Below are positions 1 to 8,255 of a stretch of DNA of 38,308 nt, in pieces. Every line of letters starts with the position of its first letter. Positions within the stretch are counted from its first letter, which is position 1. Position numbers and translations under genes: made by a program. Source of the DNA: an uncultured bacterium (GTDB taxonomy: Bacteria; CSSED10-310; CAZUFC01); NCBI GenBank assembly GCA_964619725.1, contig CAZUFC010000003.1, positions 1 through 38,308 of the forward strand, in the 5' to 3' direction. The notes below the pieces were generated by a model. It made no database searches and had not been told where the DNA came from. It worked only from the letters and a program-made list of their open reading frames with translations.

Positions 1-135
1 CGGGGCTTCCTGTAGGCGTGGCGGTTCCTGTTCCGGGGCTTCCTGTAGGCGTGGCCGTGCCTGTCCCCGGACTTCCAGTGGGTGTGGCGGTTCCTGTTCC
101 GGGACTTCCTGTTGGAGTGGCCGTGCCGGTTGCGG
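1..135 (-). repeat. 33-nt tandem repeat encoding TGSPGTGTATP (about 4 copies, truncated by window edge)
   Basis: Minus-strand translation ...TGTATP TGSPGTGTATP TGSPGTGTATP TGSPGTGTATP TGSP; copies differ at synonymous positions. Confidence 0.9.
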
Positions 136-1798
136 GGGTATTGGTCGGCGTGGCTGCGCCGCTTTCGGTAATGGTTACAAGTTGATTTACCGAAACATTA
201 TTTAATGTCGTCGTGCTTTGCGAAGAGTTCGGCCAATGTACCACAATGGAATTTACGATAGTTGCGGAGCCCAATCCGAAAGTCAGGATAAGTGGCCTTT
301 GGGGAGAAAAATGACCGCTGCCTGCTTCTACCGTCTGCTGATATGTGTTTCCTCCCGCCGTTACTTCAACCCGGGCGCCGATGGCGCTTCGGTTGCTGCT
401 TCCGCTTGCGCCTGCGCCGATTAAATTTACAGATATCGAATTATTAAGCGTTCCTACGTTGTTTTCGAAAAGCATAATGCTGTCGTTTGATGCGAAGCCT
501 ACGATCATGTCTTCATCCCCGTCCAGGTCATAATCAATCGGTATGCAGGGATGCGGGGGATAACCCGCCGTATTTATCACATTAAGCCCTGATGCCGATG
601 TGCAGGCATTTAAATTATGGCTGGAGTTCTGTTTGAAAAAATAAATGCCGTTGTTGCTGTATCCGCACTCAGTTATCGTAAAATCCGGCAATCCGTCATT
701 GTCTGCATCGATCCAGCATCCGTAATGATCGCCGTTGTGATCATATGAGTCTTCTGCGGGACGTCCGTTGATGCGGCCCTCTATGCGTCCTTCCCATGTG
801 AAAACATTGTTGTTGTTGATCATCAGCCGGGAACTCGTGCTGCTGTTATAACCGTGAACATATACTTCGAATAAGTCCATATCTCCGTCATTGTCGAAAT
901 CACGAGGCATGCATCCCCAGGAACATCTTGTGAATGCGCTGTAATTCGATGTCGCACCTATTTCGCTGAATGTCCCGCCGTTATTGCGCCAGTGAAAACC
1001 CGGACCGCGGCAATAATTGCCGGCGAACAGATCGGGCCATCCGTCCGTATTCCAATCGCACATCGTTACAGCATAAGATGGTTCCGAAAGGGAACCCATG
1101 CCGACTGATGAAGTTACGTCGGTCCAGGTTCCGTCGCCGTCGTTTCGGTATAACTTGTTTTGAGAATAAACGCTCGAAGCATAATCGAGAAACCAATTGC
1201 CCACGTAAAGGTCCAACCAGCCGTCCCTGTTGTAATCGATAAAAACCGCAGATGAAGTGTTGAGCAATCCTGCATCAAAGAAAATCGTGTCATTAGTCAA
1301 CGTGAAATGTCCGGAGCCGTCGTTGATGAATAAATCATTCGTGTCCCCTACATCCGTGTAATTTTCAATCCGATGATAATAAAGTCCGAAAAATAAATCC
1401 AAATCTCCGTCGTTATCTACATCACCGAACGTCGCTAATGATGAATGCCTGCCTTCCGGCGTCCCCTGGCGATTCGCTCTTATGCCTGATTCGGCCGTAC
1501 GATCGACATATACCCGGGAATTGCCGCTTCCAGGCTCATTCATCAATAACAACTGATGATTTAATACGTCCCCGCCCGCTTCGTCCATCGGCTCATGCAC
1601 CAGAATATCAGGATACATGTCCCCATTTACGTCCGCTACCGATACTCGAAATCCCGCTACTCCCGTTAAACCGACCTGCGATGAAACGTCCGTAAAATAG
1701 GGCGTCGGCTGAGTCTCCCCCGGCGCAGTCAAGGCACACGTCAGAATCAAGAAATTCATAAAAATAATTCCCAATTTTCTCTTTTTGAGGTCATTCAT
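1..1798 (-). CDS. Secreted FG-GAP/VCBS-repeat protein with ASPIC/UnbV domain (CRTAC1-like) and Thr/Pro/Gly linker; 3' end runs off the window
   Basis: Not in the ORF track. Translated by hand at its 5' and 3' parts from ATG at 1798 (purine-rich GGAAGAGGGAG upstream): signal-like MNDLKKRKLGIIFMNFLILTCALTAPG, then YFTDVSSQVGL, VADVNGDMYPDILV, FGDVDNDGDLDLF, LFINDGSGHF (FG-GAP DxNxDG motifs) and NRSAIGARVEVTAGG...LTFGLG...IVVHWP...NVSVNQLVTITE (ASPIC/UnbV signature). Confidence 0.9.
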   Translation of the reverse strand, partial: MNDLKKRKLGIIFMNFLILTCALTAPGETQPTPYFTDVSSQVGLTGVAGFRVSVADVNGDMYPDILVHEPMDEAGGDVLNHQLLLMNEPGSGNSRVYVDRTAESGIRANRQGTPEGRHSSLATFGDVDNDGDLDLFFGLYYHRIENYTDVGDTNDLFINDGSGHFTLTNDTIFFDAGLLNTSSAVFIDYNRDGWLDLYVGNWFLDYASSVYSQNKLYRNDGDGTWTDVTSSVGMGSLSEPSYAVTMCDWNTDGWPDLFAGNYCRGPGFHWRNNGGTFSEIGATSNYSAFTRCSWGCMPRDFDNDGDMDLFEVYVHGYNSSTSSRLMINNNNVFTWEGRIEGRINGRPAEDSYDHNGDHYGCWIDADNDGLPDFTITECGYSNNGIYFFKQNSSHNLNACTSASGLNVINTAGYPPHPCIPIDYDLDGDEDMIVGFASNDSIMLFENNVGTLNNSISVNLIGAGASGSSNRSAIGARVEVTAGGNTYQQTVEAGSGHFSPQRPLILTFGLGSATIVNSIVVHWPNSSQSTTTLNNVSVNQLVTITESGAATPTNTPATGTATPTGSPGTGTATPTGSPGTGTATPTGSPGTGTATPTGSP

Positions 1799-2026
1799 GA
1801 TTGGTTTTTCTCCCTCTTCCTTCAAAAAAAATTATGAAAAATTCAGAAATTCAAAGATAAAAAGACCGCTCCAAGGTTCCTTTTTCGAGCGTCTTGGGGG
1901 CAAATTTCCAGTAGAGAAATCTGCTAAGAGTATCCGAAATAATCAAACATTTGAGAAAAATGAGCTTCCTTTTCTTGTTCTTATGAAACTGAAAATTCAG
2001 TTTGGACGACTTTTTAATCATTTTTC

Positions 2027-2055
2027 AATTTAATAAAAACTGCGCGGATTGTCAA
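2027..2055 (-). promoter_or_regulatory. Putative sigma70 promoter for the ASPIC/UnbV gene
   Basis: Minus strand TTGACA (2055-2050), 17-nt spacer, TAAATT (2032-2027); implies a ~220-nt 5' leader. Confidence 0.45.
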
Positions 2056-2122
2056 CTCTTTTTTTGAAATCCGAAGGCGGTTGAATTAATATTTTGATGG
2101 GAAAAATTTCAGGAGCGAGGAG

Positions 2123-3955
2123 ATGATGAGGATCGAGATTTTAGAAAGGATAATCGGAGCAGCGGGGATCATATTATTGTTCAATTCGTCGCCTGCGTTG
2201 GTTTCGGAGGAACTCGCCGGGAAAGAGTCATTAAAGGCAGGCGATTTGGAGGTATTTTTTGAAGCGCATGAGGAGTGGGAGCATGTAATGATAGAGACGG
2301 AGCGGCTGCATCTTGACTGGGGAAGTATGATGGAAGCAGATTCATTAGGAAGGGACTGGAGTGCGGCGATTCGAGAAGGCGAGATAAATTTTCGTTTTAT
2401 ATCCGGGCCTCGCGGCGTGATTCATTTTTATGAGTTAGGTCGAAGCGACAAGATGCTTCTGATGAGGATCAAGCGGCTTCCAGAAGCGCATCCGAGCGCT
2501 CAGCTCAAGGGGTATATGAACGGTTGTGAATTCGGGACCTGGGAGACCGGTCTGGAATGGAGGTTAATCAGGGCAGCGATCCCAGCGGAGTTCATCAATG
2601 ACGAAGAGGACGTGCTATATTTTACAGGATTGGGGATAGCCGTGGATTGGCTGGAGGTATGGGATGCGGCAGTGATTCCGATGGATTACGAACAGGAAAA
2701 TATCCGTCGACGCGCTGTTTACCAGACGTCGGCCTCGATTTTTTCATTTGATCTAATGCTGCCTGAATCGCCCCGATTGCAGTTTGCCTGTACTGTGGGA
2801 CCTGATGCATTCAAGTGGGAAGATGCAGGTTTTACGGCGTCGATATCCGTGAGTTCGCAAGAAGAGAAGGAAATTATTTTCAGAAGGCAATTTTCTCCTG
2901 CGGAAGACAATTTTATAGGTCCGTTGTTGGATTTATCCGAAAGATGGCATTTTTTTAATTTTCCATTGGAAGGATATGGGAATAAAGAAGTGAGACTAGA
3001 TTTCAGTGTAGAGCCGGGACCTTCCGGGTGCAACGATTTTGACAGATTTATCTGGGCTGAGGCGAAAGTAATTGGTTTCCCTTCGAAAGAGGGAAGCCGT
3101 GATCCGTTTAAAAATGCGATATTAGTAACGGCAGACGTGCGGCCTGCCGGCGGCTCAGGAGTATACGGCGATGCTGAGGCAAGGACCCCGGAATGGGATG
3201 CGCTGAGCAAACGTTCGATCGTTTTTACGGAATTTTGGAATGAATCAGAAGGGATAAAAGAATTTTTACACTCAACATTTCATATCGTCGGTCATAACGA
3301 AGAGAAGATTTCCGGTGAAAAGGCTGATGGAGCAACGAGGTGGACGGAAAAGTTCCGGAAAAACGGAATACGATCCATAGCGGTAATGCCGAAAACGGAG
3401 CGTTCCTATGAAGTGATGAATGTGGCGGAAGGGTTCGATATTCTATGGACGCCGCGAGATTCGAGTCAAGCGCCGGGAACGTTTTTTCATAAGCTGGAGG
3501 GACTATTGCAAGAGAATCCCTATCAGCCTTTTTTTCTGTGGTTTCATATCTCCTTTTCTCTTTCGGAAATAGAAGCGATTGAGAGGATAGAAAAAGCGGA
3601 TGAATTGAGGGGATACTCAGCATATTACAGTTATGACGTTCAGCTTGGAGAGATAATTGATTTTTTTGATCGAAGGGGGTTGCTTTCTGATACAATGGCG
3701 GCGGTTGTATTTTGGGATAAAAACGATAAGTCGGCCGGAGAAAACATCCAGGAGACGCAGAGGGATGATGAACCGACGCAGGATGCGGCTATTCCTTTAT
3801 TGATGACGGGTACCGGCAAAAGGGGGATAATAATCGATGCCCCTCTGCGGGCGAGGGATTTGATGCCGATTATAGGCGAATGGTTGGGTTTGTCTGTTCA
3901 GGGTGAGCCGGAGCAAGATAAACGGATAAAAGAAATCAAAGAATTTTTCAATTAA
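2123..3955 (+). CDS. Exported sulfatase/alkaline-phosphatase-superfamily-like protein with degenerate active site
   Basis: SD (AGGAG) and hydrophobic N-terminus. C-terminal half follows the sulfatase scaffold: NAILVTAD, GVYGDAEARTPEWDALSKRSIVF, QPFFLWFH, YDVQLGEIIDFFDRRGLLSDT, IPLLM, DLMPII. No C/S/T-x-P-x-R or DHG motif is visible. Confidence 0.65.
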   Translation: MMRIEILERIIGAAGIILLFNSSPALVSEELAGKESLKAGDLEVFFEAHEEWEHVMIETERLHLDWGSMMEADSLGRDWSAAIREGEINFRFISGPRGVIHFYELGRSDKMLLMRIKRLPEAHPSAQLKGYMNGCEFGTWETGLEWRLIRAAIPAEFINDEEDVLYFTGLGIAVDWLEVWDAAVIPMDYEQENIRRRAVYQTSASIFSFDLMLPESPRLQFACTVGPDAFKWEDAGFTASISVSSQEEKEIIFRRQFSPAEDNFIGPLLDLSERWHFFNFPLEGYGNKEVRLDFSVEPGPSGCNDFDRFIWAEAKVIGFPSKEGSRDPFKNAILVTADVRPAGGSGVYGDAEARTPEWDALSKRSIVFTEFWNESEGIKEFLHSTFHIVGHNEEKISGEKADGATRWTEKFRKNGIRSIAVMPKTERSYEVMNVAEGFDILWTPRDSSQAPGTFFHKLEGLLQENPYQPFFLWFHISFSLSEIEAIERIEKADELRGYSAYYSYDVQLGEIIDFFDRRGLLSDTMAAVVFWDKNDKSAGENIQETQRDDEPTQDAAIPLLMTGTGKRGIIIDAPLRARDLMPIIGEWLGLSVQGEPEQDKRIKEIKEFFN

Positions 3956-3967
3956 TAAAAGGCGGCA

Positions 3968-6598
3968 TTGATGAGAAATAATGAAGCCAAGGCGATGCTT
4001 TTTTGTTTAGTCACAATGATGACGTCCTTGATCGTGCTCTGTGAAAGGGCGCACTCAGAGCAGAGTCCGGGCGAGATGCAACGGCGCGGTGCGGATGGAT
4101 GGGAGCGGAGGGTTGTTTTGTCGAATTCGTGGATATATCCGCACATATCGTTGATGTCTGACGAACCGGGAGAGTTGGAATTTTTAATTTTTACGCCGGG
4201 TGAAATACGGCTCGTTTGCAGCTATGATGCCGGCGAAAGCTGGGGACAGCAAACTGTCGTGACCTCAGAATGGAGTGAGTATATTGTCGATGCAACGGGC
4301 GCGGAGGATTCATCCGGACGAAGAATGGTGGTTTATCGAACATGGAACGGTGAAACTAATTCTATCACCGTAGCGGAAAAATCAGGTGAGAATTGGTTTT
4401 ATAAGGTTATAAGAACAGTTGATGGACGCTTTTATCAGGGAGAACTCAGCTTGGCTTTCGACCAGGAGGATCGTTTTTTTCTGGTTTTCAGCGAATATTC
4501 AAAGTTATGGTTTATGAAAGAAAATTCTTCGGGGAACTGGGAATATATCAGTTCAGGAAGTGTGGAAGGATATGATCCCAGGATCGTTTTCAAAAGCAAC
4601 GGCGACCCCGGCGCTGTTTTCAACGGATACGACAGATATGACGATCCTATCCTAAATTCCGTGTTCATTACTCCATGGGGAGAACAAAAATGGCCCGTTG
4701 ACGATGGCCACGCCGGCTCAATTAGAATCGACTATAATTCTGACGATCGATTATGGGCTTTTTATACCCTGAATGGTCTGCTCAAAAAAGCCGGCTTCTT
4801 TATCGCTGTCTGGTATGATTATGAATTAGGTTCAGGAGTCGAAGATAAGGGATTGGCGGTTCGGTTCGACCCGGACGACAATTTTTATCTTATGGTGCGA
4901 AAGCAAACCGGCGATATGCGTTCATGGTTTTTTATGTGGATTGATGAAGGTTTTTGGCGCATGAAAAACCTGGCGCCCTTCGCCTCTTGCGGAGGCGCCA
5001 TGGCCTTGATAGGAGAGGAAACGCCTTTCATGGTCGTTAAAGCCGGGGAATCGATAATGAGCTATAAAAAAACCAGACAAGGATTCGAAGAAAAATTCAT
5101 TGAAGGCGAAATGATCATCAGTGCTCCCGATATGACCTTTTACTATGACGAATTCAATCATCCGAAGGGTTCATGCACCGTTTCGGGGCCGAATTTCGGA
5201 ACAGAAAAAAGTTTCGGGGCAAGACGTTGTGAGCCGGGCATCGATTCGCATGATTTCTCGCAATTTTTTATTGATGATGCCGGAACTGCAAGATCGCAAG
5301 AATATCCCTGCATATACAGACTTGAAGATAACTTCACCGAACTGACGGTTATTCACGACGAAATGCCGTTAGAGGAAAAAATAAGATTGGATGCGGATTT
5401 CAGAATGCAGCCCGCTGTTTGCTGGACAGGAGTATATGAGAGTGAGGAAGTTGAATTTTTTTATAAATTTTCAAACGACGGAGAATTTCAAAATGCCAGA
5501 TATTTTCAGCCGGCCTTGCCCGTGATTGACGATTTCGATTTCTGCCTTGATCTGAAGGATAATGCCCTGATCGCTTATCTGGGAGCTGAAGAGGAGCAGA
5601 CTGATTTCCATCTTTTACTGGAAAAGGCCGGAAAAGAAGAAGGCGAGCCATTGTTCACTTCTCCATCTGAGCAGAAAGTAAAACAATTTTTTCTGCATAC
5701 TGAGGGGAACGGGTCGCCTTTTCTGACTTATAATTACAGTTACGCTTCAGACCCTTCGATTTGTAAGGCTGTGGCGCTCCGTCATACGGAAGGAGAGTGG
5801 ACTGAGAGTCGATTGCCGGACGCAGAGAATCTGGATTTGCTCGACGTAACACTGGATCGCTCAGGAGCGAGAGGCCTTCTGATGACTTATGTTACTCCCC
5901 GCTCCGGAAGAGTAACAGGTCGACTCGCCATTGAAAAAAACGAATTCTGGAAATTACTGGACGTTTCCTTTATTGATGAAAATATCTCATGCGCTTCCCT
6001 GGATTTCGACATGAATAATCGTCCCTATATGGTCTACTACGATGAACCGGCCGGGGAGTTGAATGCCGCCCTATTTTTGAATGACGAATGGCGACATGAA
6101 CTTATTTCAAATGAGGTTAAAGTGGAAGACGTTTTCGTTAAATTCGATCACAGGGAAAATCCGGGGGTTATGGCCTTCGAATCATTCGGACAACCAAGAA
6201 TTTTGTATTTCTACAACAGCGATTATTCGAACGAAACAGGGGAGGCGTTTTTCCATTTAAACCTTAATCAGACCATTTTCGAGCCCGGAGACGATTTTAT
6301 TTTGAGGGGAACATTCCATAATGCAGACGAAACCAGGAAAGTAGTCATTTTCCTTCTGCTCGATATGTATGACGGTAATTACTGGAGCTGGCCCTCCTGG
6401 AGCCGTTATCCACCCGATATTGACCGGCTTGTTGCTGAATTACCGCCGAATTTTAACTTTTCAATGCCCTTACTTGATTTTTTATGGCCGGGTTCTTATG
6501 CAGAAGGTTACATATCTGCACGTTTCACAGGACTAATGCTGGATGATACCACGGGAGATGTACTGGGAGAAATTCAATATAAAATGTTTTACTGGTAA
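3968..6598 (+). CDS. Large secreted protein, probable beta-propeller repeats, with conserved ~115-aa C-terminal domain
   Basis: 876-aa ORF (start TTG 3968 or ATG 3971), signal-like N-terminus, Asp-box SYDAGESW, repeated SLAFDQEDRFFLVF / SLDFDMNNRPYMVYY blade-like motifs; C-terminus aligns with that of the C25 protein at 29539..29898. Confidence 0.75.
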   Translation: MMRNNEAKAMLFCLVTMMTSLIVLCERAHSEQSPGEMQRRGADGWERRVVLSNSWIYPHISLMSDEPGELEFLIFTPGEIRLVCSYDAGESWGQQTVVTSEWSEYIVDATGAEDSSGRRMVVYRTWNGETNSITVAEKSGENWFYKVIRTVDGRFYQGELSLAFDQEDRFFLVFSEYSKLWFMKENSSGNWEYISSGSVEGYDPRIVFKSNGDPGAVFNGYDRYDDPILNSVFITPWGEQKWPVDDGHAGSIRIDYNSDDRLWAFYTLNGLLKKAGFFIAVWYDYELGSGVEDKGLAVRFDPDDNFYLMVRKQTGDMRSWFFMWIDEGFWRMKNLAPFASCGGAMALIGEETPFMVVKAGESIMSYKKTRQGFEEKFIEGEMIISAPDMTFYYDEFNHPKGSCTVSGPNFGTEKSFGARRCEPGIDSHDFSQFFIDDAGTARSQEYPCIYRLEDNFTELTVIHDEMPLEEKIRLDADFRMQPAVCWTGVYESEEVEFFYKFSNDGEFQNARYFQPALPVIDDFDFCLDLKDNALIAYLGAEEEQTDFHLLLEKAGKEEGEPLFTSPSEQKVKQFFLHTEGNGSPFLTYNYSYASDPSICKAVALRHTEGEWTESRLPDAENLDLLDVTLDRSGARGLLMTYVTPRSGRVTGRLAIEKNEFWKLLDVSFIDENISCASLDFDMNNRPYMVYYDEPAGELNAALFLNDEWRHELISNEVKVEDVFVKFDHRENPGVMAFESFGQPRILYFYNSDYSNETGEAFFHLNLNQTIFEPGDDFILRGTFHNADETRKVVIFLLLDMYDGNYWSWPSWSRYPPDIDRLVAELPPNFNFSMPLLDFLWPGSYAEGYISARFTGLMLDDTTGDVLGEIQYKMFYW

Positions 6599-6617
6599 AG
6601 CAGAAATATCTGCTTTT
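6597..6617. terminator. Short bidirectional terminator-like hairpin between convergent genes
   Basis: AAAGCAGA-AATA-TCTGCTTT(T) fills the 17-nt gap between the stops at 6598 and 6616. Confidence 0.5.
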
Positions 6618-7107
6618 ACATTTTGGAAAAACGCTGCATGTGGCGCCGGTCTTCTTCTCTCGTCAGAAATGTTTTGATCCGTTTTTCGAATTCTTGCGCC
6701 TTGTTTTCATCTATGATGCAGTCACTGTCAAGACGAAAACAACCATCCTCAAATTTGTAAAAATGACAATCATTCATACCGAATTTACATTCGCCTTCCT
6801 CCATTTCGACTTCAAAAAGCAGATGGAGTTGATGCCTTCGGGCATGACAGATGTCGAGGCGGATGTCCAAAACGGATTCGATTTCCCGCGAATGTTCGCC
6901 TTTAAGATAAACGGCTTTGTTCACATCGTCCCAGTAATGACTTTTCCCGGTTTTAATGGTCTTGCGAAAAGCCTCCTCGTTTATCAGAGACAATCCGAGA
7001 ATACGACCCGTTGAGCGTTCCTTTGTTATTACGAATAAACTGTCCTCCTGTTTTTCAAACAATTCGTTAATCGAAATGCAATGTTCCATTTTTTCTCCTT
7101 CCGCCAT
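6616..7107 (-). CDS. Divergent phosphoribosyl-AMP cyclohydrolase (HisI)-like protein
   Basis: TGRILGLSLINEEAFRKTIKTGKSHYW...YLKGEHS...IRLDIC...GECKFGMNDCHFY parallels HisI (TGEVLMLAYMNxEALxKTLETG...W.KGETSG...DCDxD...CHTG..SCF), but key motifs are altered. Confidence 0.7.
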   Translation of the reverse strand: MAEGEKMEHCISINELFEKQEDSLFVITKERSTGRILGLSLINEEAFRKTIKTGKSHYWDDVNKAVYLKGEHSREIESVLDIRLDICHARRHQLHLLFEVEMEEGECKFGMNDCHFYKFEDGCFRLDSDCIIDENKAQEFEKRIKTFLTREEDRRHMQRFSKM

Positions 7108-7268
7108 GGAAATCCGGGGCAGTCAAAAATATCTAAAATTTCCCGGTCAATTGATCGTTATTCCGCCATTTTTGAAGCGAAAAGCCGGAAAAATGCGCAT
7201 ACATTTCCGTTTCCTTTCCGTTACGTCAACGGATGCAATGAAGGTTCGGCAATCGAAGCGAATCTTTG

Positions 7269-7661
7269 TCATTTCTTCCATCGTTTCCTGTCCAGGATCA
7301 TTGGAACAGGTTTGGTCGGTTTTGACCGCGTTTTCATTATTTCTTCCGCGTTTTCCCGGCAAATTTTCTTTTGAAGACGCAGATAATGGTTGCCCGGACG
7401 TATCTCCAGGCATTTATTTAGTAACTCGATACTCTTCATCAGATATCCATGTTTTGCTGAAACAGAAGGGTCCATATTGCAACGGTCAATCTCGACGATG
7501 GCCTTGTGATAAAATTTTTTTAAATCACGTCGAACATCGGCTTTCGTCATACTTTTTTTCCGCTTCCTTTTTTGGTCATGCTTCCGTTTCGTTTTATATT
7601 TCGTTGAATGCCGCGGCTTCGGCTTTCTGTTTTTCGGAATATGTTTTCTTGTATTCCCCAT
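7269..7661 (-). CDS. Small, highly basic hypothetical protein with a TPR-like helical hairpin
   Basis: 130 aa, 6 nt downstream of the upstream gene; Lys/Arg-rich N-terminus; SIELLNKCLEIRPGNHYLRLQKKICRE resembles one TPR-like unit. No strong SD. Confidence 0.5.
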   Translation of the reverse strand: MGNTRKHIPKNRKPKPRHSTKYKTKRKHDQKRKRKKSMTKADVRRDLKKFYHKAIVEIDRCNMDPSVSAKHGYLMKSIELLNKCLEIRPGNHYLRLQKKICRENAEEIMKTRSKPTKPVPMILDRKRWKK

Positions 7662-7667
7662 AAAAGA

Positions 7668-8249
7668 TCACAGGCATTCATTTTCAAGGGAGATGCTATC
7701 GATTGCAGCGCTTTTTTTCAAGCCGATATCGTTGAACAGAAAAATCAGCAGCAGGATCAATGTAAGCATGACCAGGAGTATTTTTATAACCGGCAATAAC
7801 TTTTTTCTTTTAAAATTGACGGCATGGATCGTGCGGGAATCTGCATCAACCAGCAGCAATCCTTTGACGCGATAGTTAAAATCGTATTCCAGGAGCTGAC
7901 GTCTCGTATTAATATTGTTGAATTCAACGGCTCCCCCTGATTTTACTTCTGCAGCATAATAAGCCAGGCCTTTCTTCACGAGATAATCGGTTTTTATTTT
8001 GTATTTCACGGGATTGCCGTCCACATAGTATCGCGTCATCACTTCGGGTTGGACCGAAACGATTCTATATCCCGCTCTTTCCAGAATTTTCCGGCCTTTT
8101 TTTTCTGCTTTTCTGCCGCTTTTTATTCTCCTCCGGGCTGATCTGCTTTTCAAAAAATCGATGAGGAAGACGGCCGTCAGGCAGCCCAGGATGAAGCAGA
8201 ACGAAGGAATGATGAAAAAACGGAAAGAATCGATGTCAATGCCGTTCAT
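7668..8249 (-). CDS. Membrane-anchored PD-(D/E)xK nuclease-fold protein
   Basis: N- and C-terminal hydrophobic helices flanking GRKAEKKGRKILERAGYRIV...KTDYLVKK...AAEVKSG...TRRQLLEY (E...D...ExK...Q pattern). Confidence 0.7.
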   Translation of the reverse strand: MNGIDIDSFRFFIIPSFCFILGCLTAVFLIDFLKSRSARRRIKSGRKAEKKGRKILERAGYRIVSVQPEVMTRYYVDGNPVKYKIKTDYLVKKGLAYYAAEVKSGGAVEFNNINTRRQLLEYDFNYRVKGLLLVDADSRTIHAVNFKRKKLLPVIKILLVMLTLILLLIFLFNDIGLKKSAAIDSISLENECL

Positions 8250-8255
8250 GAGGAG

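Noticed and set aside
1895-1935. GGCAAA...GAAA hairpin resembling a c-di-GMP-I riboswitch on the plus strand
   Set aside because: Lacks the following GGxCGCAAAGC/P3 elements and the spacing does not fit.
218-2033. Short ORFs in the track (218..424, 345..533, 970..1242, 981..1196, 1438..1695, 1785..2033)
   Set aside because: Shadows of the long minus-strand ASPIC/UnbV gene or its AT-rich leader; no recognisable motifs.
6956-7663. 235-aa plus-strand ORF and 7147..7413 minus ORF
   Set aside because: They overlap better-supported minus-strand genes in the operon; no motifs or SD.
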